64,000 nucleotides of DNA from a virus, in the IMG/VR virus record IMGVR_UViG_3300042879_004946, positions 44,458 through 108,457 of that record; one strand, given 5' to 3'. Of this stretch, positions 40,060 to 48,605 are shown one piece after another; position 1 is the first letter of the stretch; the number at the start of each line of letters is the position of its first letter. The notes beneath the pieces are model-generated. The model had not been told where the DNA came from. It did no database searches and worked only from the letters and a program-made list of their open reading frames with translations. Position numbers and translations under genes: made by a program.

Positions 40060-40138
40060 ATATTTTTTTTAATATTTAAATTTTTGTTATATAAAACAAT
40101 GGTAATGAAAAATTTTATATTTGAAAACCGCTATAAAC

Positions 40139-40169
40139 AAAAAAACCCCACAAATAGGGGTTCTTTTTT
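40139..40169 (-). terminator. Probable intrinsic terminator
   Basis: AACCCC..GGGGTT stem with flanking A and T tracts. Confidence 0.55.
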
Positions 40170-40929
40170 AAAGACTATTTTTCAAGTCATAAATTTTTAA
40201 AATATCTTCTTTAAAAGTTTCTAAATTGAATTTTGTGTTATATAAAACATCTTTAACTTCCAGTAATCTAACTTTTACCTCAAGATTATTGTTGTGTTCT
40301 TTTATAGATTTACTTAACAAATCAATAGTTTCTTGTTTTATTTCTTCTAGTGTAATTTCTTTTTCTTTACTTTTTTCGGATAGAATTGCCTTTACAATTT
40401 TCTTTTCTTCTTCAGAAATATTTGAATATTTATCATTGTATTTTTTAGTTACAATTTCTAAAAACCTATCAACATCAACATTATTTTTTTCTTTTTTAAC
40501 CTCTTCAATTTTTTTAGGTGTTACTAGCCAATTTTTAACAATCTCAAAAGATTCTGTTAAAGTTTTAATTGTATTAACGTTTTTCTCTAAAGTAATTAAA
40601 TTGTTTAAAGCTACATGTAAATTTTTAGTTTCCACCAACTTTCTTTTACCCAATGTTTTTTGTAAATTATTATTTTCTTTAATAATAATTTCTTTTTTAA
40701 ATTTATCAAAAAGGGAAATGTTTTCTTTAAGGTATTCAACTGCACTAACTTCAGAAGAGAAGTAACCGTTTTCAATATTTTTATAAACAACAAATTGTGT
40801 TTTTAAAATTTCACTCTCTGAAAGTAATTTAATAAACTTTTTATAAGTTAATTTTTCTTTTTTAGATTCATTGATATAGGAATCAATCAAAATTTTTGCG
40901 TATGTATCTTTTATTGTACCAAAATTCAT
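40168..40929 (-). CDS. Hypothetical protein downstream of portal
   Basis: ORF with promoter motif at 40946-40954. Confidence 0.65.
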   Translation of the reverse strand: MNFGTIKDTYAKILIDSYINESKKEKLTYKKFIKLLSESEILKTQFVVYKNIENGYFSSEVSAVEYLKENISLFDKFKKEIIIKENNNLQKTLGKRKLVETKNLHVALNNLITLEKNVNTIKTLTESFEIVKNWLVTPKKIEEVKKEKNNVDVDRFLEIVTKKYNDKYSNISEEEKKIVKAILSEKSKEKEITLEEIKQETIDLLSKSIKEHNNNLEVKVRLLEVKDVLYNTKFNLETFKEDILKIYDLKNSL

Positions 40930-40953
40930 AATTATATTTTTAATATATAAATA

Positions 40954-43900
40954 TTAGGAATTTAATAATAATTCATCATCACCGTTTAAATCTTCATCTT
41001 GTTCATCAATTAAACCTTTAATACCTTCAATCATCATCATAATGTCTTCATTTTTACTGATACCTTCCATTAGTAATTTATCAATAATGCTTTTATTTTG
41101 GTTACGAAATCCCTCACCAAAACCTGTTTCAGTTCCTTGTGTTTCCCCACCACCTAATTCAGTTTCCCCACCTAATTCAGTTTCCCCACCTAATTCAGCC
41201 CCACCGCCGAAACCTCCGCCACCTAATTCAGCCCCACCGCCGAAACCTCCGCCACCTAATTCAGTTCCGCCACCAAAGCCACCAGCTTCAGCCCCAGTTT
41301 CAGTTCCACCGGCCCCAACATCTCCCGCGGCAGCTTCACCGCCTGTTGGTTTAATTTCACCATATATTTTATCAACACGAGTGAATAATCCACTATTTTT
41401 AATAACTTCAGCCGTACCTTCAAGTTCTTTAGTTGCGGCACGTTCCAATCTTTGACGTTCATCATCAACTTTAATTTCTTCGTCCGTCCAGTGGAAAATG
41501 TTTTTCTTTGCCCACATATGTGATGTTGGAGCAAAACCAGAATCAATTTGTGAAACTAAGTCCTTGTATAGGGTAACTTTTTCCTTCCATTGTTCAATCT
41601 TTAACATTTCACCCTGTGTTGATGGGTTTGTAAGGTTTAAAGAAAAATTATTTAAATCATCTGTTAACCCTAAAATATACAAATGTATGATTGCAATTTT
41701 ATTCAATTCCTGAATCATTGATTGTTGGATTTTATTAATAGTTCTGGCAAAACGAATGTCTAGCAAAGAAAGCGTCTTACCTTCGCCAACGGCTTCTTCA
41801 AAACCTAAAAAGGCTTTTGGTACCCTAAGAGCTGTTAATAATTTTTTCTGAATATACTCAATATCAGCAATATCACCCAAATTAGAGGCACCTGCCAAAG
41901 TATCTATTGGGTTTGGTGCGTTAGGGTCACGAACCGGAACAAAATAATCTTGGTCAACCGCTAAAGTATTGTAGCGTAAATCTACTTGCCCTGTTTTTTG
42001 GTCAACCAATTGTTGTCTTTTAAATTTATTTGCAACTTTTTGTACATATGCATCAACATCTTTATCATCTATATTACCAACATAAATTTTAAAAACACGT
42101 CTTTCTGGTGCTCTAACAACGCGATAAACTAACATCGCATCTTCGGATAACAAAAGTTGTTTCCAAATACGTCTTGCTTTTTCTAACATTGATGTTCCAT
42201 AAGGTAAACGTCTATCATCACCCAATAAACGGAAATGAGCAACCTCCCACGGGTTAAAATCCATTGCCTTTTCACGCCAACGAAATGTAACCTGTTTTGA
42301 TTTATTCGGCTCTTGGTTTAAATTACCTTCGGGTTTTGTCGGGAACAAACCTTCTTCTTTTCTCTCAATTTCAATATTGGTTAATTGTGATGAACCAATA
42401 ATTCCTTTTTTGTTATCTATTTTTAAAAAAACGAAATTATCACCATATTTACAGTTGGACAAAAACACCCCAGAATCCCTTGAAAACAAACCATTTACAT
42501 CCTTACCTAACACTGGAAAGTTATGTCTATCATGTTCTCCATTAGGCCCAACAGCTTCTAAACAATAGACATCCGATGTTTCATTTAATTTAACAACAGA
42601 AACAACTTTATGGTTTAATAAAGCTTTTTCTGTTGTTTTACCTAAATAAATTGATTTAGCTTTTATGTAATTTTTATCTAAAATGAGACTTGATTTAATT
42701 GACAACACAAAATCAAAATAATTCTGATTTGTTTTTCTATAAATAACCTTATTTAATGTTGTCGGGTTTATCGACTTAGTAATGTCTTTTTTTAATGTGT
42801 AATTTTGATTAAATAACTCAATGAATTCAGGATCGTATTTAAGTAATTCAGATAATTTATTAATACCGACATAATTTTCAGAATTTTTTATAATATTTGA
42901 AATATATGTTAAGCATTCATCAGTTATAGTTATAGTCATACCTTTTTTGGTTTTCTCTATGAACTTATCTGAAGACCAATTGGCTAACATTTTTTTAACA
43001 CGAATTTGATTGTGTTCTGAGTGTAAATCACTATGGTTATATTGTTCAAAATATTTAGGATAAATACCAGACATTTCTTTAGATAAACGTTCTTTTCGTT
43101 TATCTGACCTTAAATATTTATCAATACCTTCCATTCTTTTTTTAACAACTTCAGGAGACCCTAGTGTTTTATCAAAATGTTCTACATGTAGTTTAAAATG
43201 GTCTGAATGTGTTAGTCTAATTAAATTATTAGGATTGTTATTTAATTTATTGAAATCATTGTGATGTGTGTCAAACTGACCTCCAATAGATTTTTCATAT
43301 TCTAAATCCCTAACACACTCATGAGCAACTAAAGAATGTGTAAATTTATATTTACTAGAATTAGGGTTATACACTTTTTCATATCCCACAATGCGGTCTT
43401 TTTTCTTCTCACTTTTTCTAGTATAAAAAGGCATTAAGGATTGGCCAGATGTTAATTCATCGGCTCTTTTATAAGAACCGTCTCTAAGCATGTATTCATG
43501 GTCTGGTGTCGTATCAATATGTGTTCCATCGTCTAAGGTAACTCTTACTAATTCACTATTTTTTCTAGTTAGGTCACACCATATTATTTTACTAGGGACA
43601 ATAGCCTTTGTACCGTCTTGAATAGCGTACGACCATATTTCTTCACCAGATTTAACTCTATTTGAGAGTTCTTTAATAGTAATTTCGGTACCATCTAACA
43701 ATGGTATCATACTATTATCCCTAATAGGTGTGTTTCTAGTCCACATAGGTAAATTTGTTTGAATATCTAAAATATTGTAAAACAAATCTTGTAACACACT
43801 TTTAACTCTTTTAGAGTCAGAATGTATGGTTAAAATATAACCTTGTTCACTTGGGGTTGTTGCCTCTTCGGAGTAAATATCTAATGCAGCGGAGATTTCC

Positions 43901-45357
43901 GGAGTATTATGTGAAAATATTGTATCTGTTGCAAAGTTTTTATACCCTGGAACTGTTAAATCATAAACTGGCATAACACCATAAGGCTCAATAGATTTTA
44001 TTTTATGATTTATAATAACAGATTCTTCAACAGGTTTTTTTCTACCCGCTTGTCCTTTTGTGATACCATAGGCTTCAGTGAATACTGTCCAATTTTTAAA
44101 ACCACCTCTTTCAATCGATCTCATTAGTTTACCTGTGGTCACATTTAAAGTTTTAGCTGTTTTTTGTATTGTGTTACATTTTTCAGCAGTTTCAACTATT
44201 AAATCCCACGGTATTAAATTAAAGTTTAAGTTTTTACGATTTTCAGCACTAGACGGGTTGTATTTTTCAATATTATAAACATCTAAAAAATCCATCCAAT
44301 TTTTAAATCCATTAAATTTTAGTTCATTTTGAATTTTGTGTATAGAAACTTTAAGGTTTTTAGCGGTCAACTCAATTGTTTTATATTTTCTAGCCGTTTC
44401 AACTATTAAATCAAAAGATAATTCTAAGTAAGAAGGATTATTCCTACCAACTCTTTTACCATCCCAGTGAAATTTACCAACATTATTACGACTAACTTCT
44501 ATCATTTTTGCCCTATATTCAGGATTTGCCCACAATTTCTCATTGTTTAATCTAGCATGGTAAGCTCTATGTTCACTTCTGTCCATTATAACCAAATTTT
44601 CTGGGTTATTATTTTTTCCATTAAAATCTTTATGATGGACCTCTTCATTTTCATTTTTAGGTCTGTAAAACCATTCGGCAATTATATCATGTTCAGGAAC
44701 CCAACCATTTTTACCTGATCCTAATTTTGAATTACAGGTATAAATCCAGTTATAATTTTGGTTATTATAAAAAGATTTACGATAGAAAGGCATCATTGAG
44801 TCCCCTTCTTTTAGTTCTTCAACTTTAGCAAAAATACCATCACGTTTTAAAAATCTATGACCATATGTTGCAACAATAAATGAATCATCATCAAAAGTTA
44901 TTTTATATGTCATTTCATCTCTTGTATAATGAGCGTTTCTGGCTTTGGCAGGAACCACTTGTTTTAAATTGTGGTCGTAAGCGTAAGTTATAAATTCATA
45001 ATCTCTACCCTTATCGGCCAACTCTTTAATAGTGATAAAACCATCTGGAGTTGCTATTTTAGTATCACCAATTATTGAAAATTCCATGCCCTCATAATCC
45101 ATATAAGACGCAATTCTAGACGTTTCGTAGTAAACTGCCTTTTGATAAAGTTCACTATCAACTCTTGCCCATTGAGCCTCAAGATAACTTTGTTGTTGTA
45201 ATTCTAATTTTTGTTTACTATAATCTTCTTTAGATTGAAACGTTAAAAGTTCTTTATCATTAAAATTATATTTTGGTGGAGTTCGTAAACTGCCTTTATT
45301 TGGACCAAAAAGATAAAATAACTTTTGGTATATTGTTAAATCTTTATTATCTGCCAT
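40954..45357 (-). CDS. Portal protein (T4 gp20-like) with two inteins; ~651 aa after splicing
   Basis: PEISAALD, CKYGD, EDAMLVYRVVRAPERRVFKIYVG, QDYFVP, ALRVP. Confidence 0.93.
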   Translation of the reverse strand: MADNKDLTIYQKLFYLFGPNKGSLRTPPKYNFNDKELLTFQSKEDYSKQKLELQQQSYLEAQWARVDSELYQKAVYYETSRIASYMDYEGMEFSIIGDTKIATPDGFITIKELADKGRDYEFITYAYDHNLKQVVPAKARNAHYTRDEMTYKITFDDDSFIVATYGHRFLKRDGIFAKVEELKEGDSMMPFYRKSFYNNQNYNWIYTCNSKLGSGKNGWVPEHDIIAEWFYRPKNENEEVHHKDFNGKNNNPENLVIMDRSEHRAYHARLNNEKLWANPEYRAKMIEVSRNNVGKFHWDGKRVGRNNPSYLELSFDLIVETARKYKTIELTAKNLKVSIHKIQNELKFNGFKNWMDFLDVYNIEKYNPSSAENRKNLNFNLIPWDLIVETAEKCNTIQKTAKTLNVTTGKLMRSIERGGFKNWTVFTEAYGITKGQAGRKKPVEESVIINHKIKSIEPYGVMPVYDLTVPGYKNFATDTIFSHNTPEISAALDIYSEEATTPSEQGYILTIHSDSKRVKSVLQDLFYNILDIQTNLPMWTRNTPIRDNSMIPLLDGTEITIKELSNRVKSGEEIWSYAIQDGTKAIVPSKIIWCDLTRKNSELVRVTLDDGTHIDTTPDHEYMLRDGSYKRADELTSGQSLMPFYTRKSEKKKDRIVGYEKVYNPNSSKYKFTHSLVAHECVRDLEYEKSIGGQFDTHHNDFNKLNNNPNNLIRLTHSDHFKLHVEHFDKTLGSPEVVKKRMEGIDKYLRSDKRKERLSKEMSGIYPKYFEQYNHSDLHSEHNQIRVKKMLANWSSDKFIEKTKKGMTITITDECLTYISNIIKNSENYVGINKLSELLKYDPEFIELFNQNYTLKKDITKSINPTTLNKVIYRKTNQNYFDFVLSIKSSLILDKNYIKAKSIYLGKTTEKALLNHKVVSVVKLNETSDVYCLEAVGPNGEHDRHNFPVLGKDVNGLFSRDSGVFLSNCKYGDNFVFLKIDNKKGIIGSSQLTNIEIERKEEGLFPTKPEGNLNQEPNKSKQVTFRWREKAMDFNPWEVAHFRLLGDDRRLPYGTSMLEKARRIWKQLLLSEDAMLVYRVVRAPERRVFKIYVGNIDDKDVDAYVQKVANKFKRQQLVDQKTGQVDLRYNTLAVDQDYFVPVRDPNAPNPIDTLAGASNLGDIADIEYIQKKLLTALRVPKAFLGFEEAVGEGKTLSLLDIRFARTINKIQQSMIQELNKIAIIHLYILGLTDDLNNFSLNLTNPSTQGEMLKIEQWKEKVTLYKDLVSQIDSGFAPTSHMWAKKNIFHWTDEEIKVDDERQRLERAATKELEGTAEVIKNSGLFTRVDKIYGEIKPTGGEAAAGDVGAGGTETGAEAGGFGGGTELGGGGFGGGAELGGGGFGGGAELGGETELGGETELGGGETQGTETGFGEGFRNQNKSIIDKLLMEGISKNEDIMMMIEGIKGLIDEQDEDLNGDDELLLNS
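41140..41300 (-). repeat. Gly-rich tandem repeats in the portal C-terminal tail
   Basis: 33-bp (ELGGGGFGGGA) and 18-bp (ELGGET) units. Confidence 0.8.
42454..43728 (-). mobile_element. Portal intein 2, 425 aa, Pro-initiated (class 3-like), HNH endonuclease
   Basis: Extein WTRNT|PIRDNSMI..TTPDH..HHNDFNKLNN..DVYCLE..FLSN|CKYGD. Confidence 0.85.
43906..45078 (-). mobile_element. Portal intein 1, 391 aa, HNH endonuclease
   Basis: GMEF|SIIGDTKI..ATYGH..HHKDFNGKNN..VYDLTV..FSHN|TPEIS. Confidence 0.9.
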
Positions 45358-45420
45358 TATTATTTTTTTTTATATAAATATCAAAATTAAAAATAAATAA
45401 ATACTTGTAAATGTGAACTT

Positions 45421-48400
45421 TCAGCCACCTAATATTGATTTATTTTTATCTTTATCTTTAAAACCAGGCATCCCAAAGAAAACCCAGTTATGTTCGGTTC
45501 TGGGTGCTTGAATATGCCTAGAAGTATCTTTATATGCTGGACTATTACTAACCATTTCTGGTATTGATTGTACTTCATTACTAGAAACAACCCAAGAATC
45601 TAACATTGCTTTTGCTTGGCCTTTACTTTTTTCAAAATCTTTAAAAGAAGTTTGACTAACATAACAACACATTGCTATTGCCATTAAGCAATCGTCATGA
45701 TAACCTTTCATGTGATCAGGTCTGCCATTTTTAAAAATAAAAGTATCCATTTCAGTAACAGACCTAATAGACCTCACTTTAAAAGAGTTCATCCTAATGG
45801 ATTCTTCTAACTTGGTAATGATGGTATTTCTGTTTTTTTGGAAATTAAGGCCAGGTAATTTACCATCATTCATAAATTTTTCTAATTTTTTATTGTTATT
45901 GACAGCATCAATACCAATAACGGTATCATAATACATCTTTTTAGATGAATACCCAAGTTCAATCATTTTTAGAACCGTTGATACGCCATAACCACCAGTA
46001 ATATCAACAACAGTAAAGGCTTCATATCGATTACCGTATTCAACAGCAATCTCACCTAACGTATCTGGAGCGACTTTACCGTGGTATTCTGCAACTTGAT
46101 TACCTGTTGTAAAATCATATATACAAATACAAGCGGAATCTTCGGCGGAACCTGAAGCTGCGTCTGCGGATAAAATGTATTCATGTCCTAGTTGAGGATC
46201 TTCCCAAATCCACATATTACCATCCAACCATTCGGTTCTAATAGGGTCTATAACATTATTTTTTCTGTGATATTCTATGTACTTACTATCGATAACATTA
46301 TCACCGGAACCGTTAAAAGCACATAACAACTCTTGAGAGATCGTTCTAGGATTGTTATTTAACTGACCACACATCATTTCAAACCAAGGGGCTGTTGGGA
46401 CCCAACCTTCTGTTTCTAATTGGTCGAAATGTTCATATTCCATATCAATTTTTTCCTCAATAACATCACCAGCCTCATTCTTTTTTTGCCATTTCATGCC
46501 TACATTATAACGTGGATCTTGAAACCATCGCATCTCTACAATGTTAAAAGGATTGTTAGTTTTTTCTTTGGTTTTTGCTGAAACGTATGTTTTATAATAA
46601 AGGGCGTCCATTCCGTTTGGTGTTTGGTGACCTAACATGCCATTATATAAAACACTATGACACCATATATCTTCTTCATTATTTGGTAATGAAAAATCAT
46701 AAGTATAATTTTTACTATCGACAATATCTTTTATCGGTACCCAAACAATATTTTCATCTACGTTATTATATTTTTCATTTATAATATCTAAATAACTCAA
46801 CAATAAACCACGACTAACATGATTAACTTTACTATTTTTTCTAGTTATATGTGATATCTTACAATTTTTGTCCGAAAAATATTTTAAACCTAAATCACTG
46901 TTACCATAAGTGGTACGAATTATATCACCACCCATAGGTACAACATCATATGGTTCATTAACTTTATGTTTAACTAAATTATATTTTTTAATATTTTTAC
47001 GTTCCAAACCAAACCCAATTAAATCATAATATAGTTTAGAGTTTTTACTGTTCATATGTAATCTATAGTTCATAGATTCCACTTTAACCAATTTAGTTAC
47101 AGGTGTCAATTTTTCTTGATACTCACATAGTATACCGATGTTCATAAATAACACCCTAAATTGTTCGATAAGTCTTTTAGATGAAGAACATAAACCAACA
47201 TTACCGTTATCACTTCTACTGTAACCATTACCATCCATAAAACCACGTATAAAGTGTATAACATTATCTTTAGATAATGAGAATATACGTTTAGGTATTA
47301 CTTTATTTTTAGCCTTTAAAGATAGATCAAAACCAATGTATTCTAAAAACTCACCCAATTCTTTTGATGACGTTGTATAATGAAATTTACCGTCATAACC
47401 ATATTTTAAGTTTAAATCCCTAAAAATTTGTGAGATATCGTCACCACAACTAATAGTTATGGATGTACCGACATGTTTACCCTTTTTGATAGATTTGTAG
47501 ACACTACCTTTGGATAAAAATAAACCCATAAAATAACTAATATCTTTTGTTATTTTATTTGGGTTAAACTTATTTTTGTTTCTACTATTTTTTTTTGGTA
47601 TAAAATCAGTACAATCATCGTCATTACCCCACATATTTTGATTATACAATACAGATACATAATCCCCTACCGATAAGTCATTTAATTTATACCAACCAAA
47701 ACTATTATCTTTTTGTGAGTAGGCATATAATTTATGGTTTAAACTACCCTCTAAATTAGTAATCTTTGTTTTTATAATTTTAGTGTCAACGTAACCGTTG
47801 TTAAACATGATATTAGAGTGTCTAACACCACCATAACCCATAACACCATAGTTATTTATAACATAACCACCATCTTTAGTGTCATCAATAAATTCTGAAA
47901 CCTCTTTTATACCTTTATCAGTAAAAACAAATGTATCTTTTGTTACACATGAAATTAATATCGCCCTACCACCAGTAGAAAGTGCGGGTTGTGCTGCCGC
48001 ATAAACTTCTTCACCACCTTCAATATATGCCGCCTCATCCATGACTAACAATGTTGGTGTATAACCACGTAATGCATCTAAAGAAGTTGCAACCGCTTTA
48101 ACTTCAGAACCATTAGTTAATCTATAGTGTTTTGCTGAATTTTTTTCTGGGTCAAACCAGGAATCACCACCACTCCAAACGTTCATCCAATTTGGTAGTT
48201 GTGCAGTAAAATCTTTTACTTTTTTTAAAAATTCAATTGCTGTTTCTTGTTTATTTGCCAAAATCAAAACCCTTTGTGGGTTATTTGGATCAGCAAATGC
48301 GGTTATAACCGCTATGTAAGCGGCCGTAGTTGTTGAAACCCCCGCCTGACGAGGTTTCATTACAATGTTAAAACGTTCTTTTTTATAAGAAGTAATTAGT

Positions 48401-48552
48401 TCCCTTTGTTTTGGAAATAATTTAAACCTAACAAAACCTTTTTGTGTTTGGTCGAAAGTTTCCAAAAAATTTTCAATTGCATAAACTGGGTCTTTAATAC
48501 ATTTACCGATTTCTAATAATTTTTGGCTTTTACTTTGTGGTGTATCCGACAT
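45421..48552 (-). CDS. Terminase large subunit (gp17-like) with intein
   Basis: KPRQAGVST Walker A, LVMDEAA Walker B, IS/TPNG split by the intein, ADAASG and HDD nuclease motifs. Confidence 0.93.
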   Translation of the reverse strand: MSDTPQSKSQKLLEIGKCIKDPVYAIENFLETFDQTQKGFVRFKLFPKQRELITSYKKERFNIVMKPRQAGVSTTTAAYIAVITAFADPNNPQRVLILANKQETAIEFLKKVKDFTAQLPNWMNVWSGGDSWFDPEKNSAKHYRLTNGSEVKAVATSLDALRGYTPTLLVMDEAAYIEGGEEVYAAAQPALSTGGRAILISCVTKDTFVFTDKGIKEVSEFIDDTKDGGYVINNYGVMGYGGVRHSNIMFNNGYVDTKIIKTKITNLEGSLNHKLYAYSQKDNSFGWYKLNDLSVGDYVSVLYNQNMWGNDDDCTDFIPKKNSRNKNKFNPNKITKDISYFMGLFLSKGSVYKSIKKGKHVGTSITISCGDDISQIFRDLNLKYGYDGKFHYTTSSKELGEFLEYIGFDLSLKAKNKVIPKRIFSLSKDNVIHFIRGFMDGNGYSRSDNGNVGLCSSSKRLIEQFRVLFMNIGILCEYQEKLTPVTKLVKVESMNYRLHMNSKNSKLYYDLIGFGLERKNIKKYNLVKHKVNEPYDVVPMGGDIIRTTYGNSDLGLKYFSDKNCKISHITRKNSKVNHVSRGLLLSYLDIINEKYNNVDENIVWVPIKDIVDSKNYTYDFSLPNNEEDIWCHSVLYNGMLGHQTPNGMDALYYKTYVSAKTKEKTNNPFNIVEMRWFQDPRYNVGMKWQKKNEAGDVIEEKIDMEYEHFDQLETEGWVPTAPWFEMMCGQLNNNPRTISQELLCAFNGSGDNVIDSKYIEYHRKNNVIDPIRTEWLDGNMWIWEDPQLGHEYILSADAASGSAEDSACICIYDFTTGNQVAEYHGKVAPDTLGEIAVEYGNRYEAFTVVDITGGYGVSTVLKMIELGYSSKKMYYDTVIGIDAVNNNKKLEKFMNDGKLPGLNFQKNRNTIITKLEESIRMNSFKVRSIRSVTEMDTFIFKNGRPDHMKGYHDDCLMAIAMCCYVSQTSFKDFEKSKGQAKAMLDSWVVSSNEVQSIPEMVSNSPAYKDTSRHIQAPRTEHNWVFFGMPGFKDKDKNKSILGG
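46624..47949 (-). mobile_element. Terminase intein, 442 aa, C-terminal Gln, degenerate LAGLIDADG endonuclease
   Basis: AILIS|CVTKDTFV..SLNH..TYDFSL..GMLGHQ|TPNG. Confidence 0.9.
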
Positions 48553-48605
48553 AAATATCTCAATATTTTATTAAATAAATATCCAGATATTCCGTAAACC
48601 TAATT

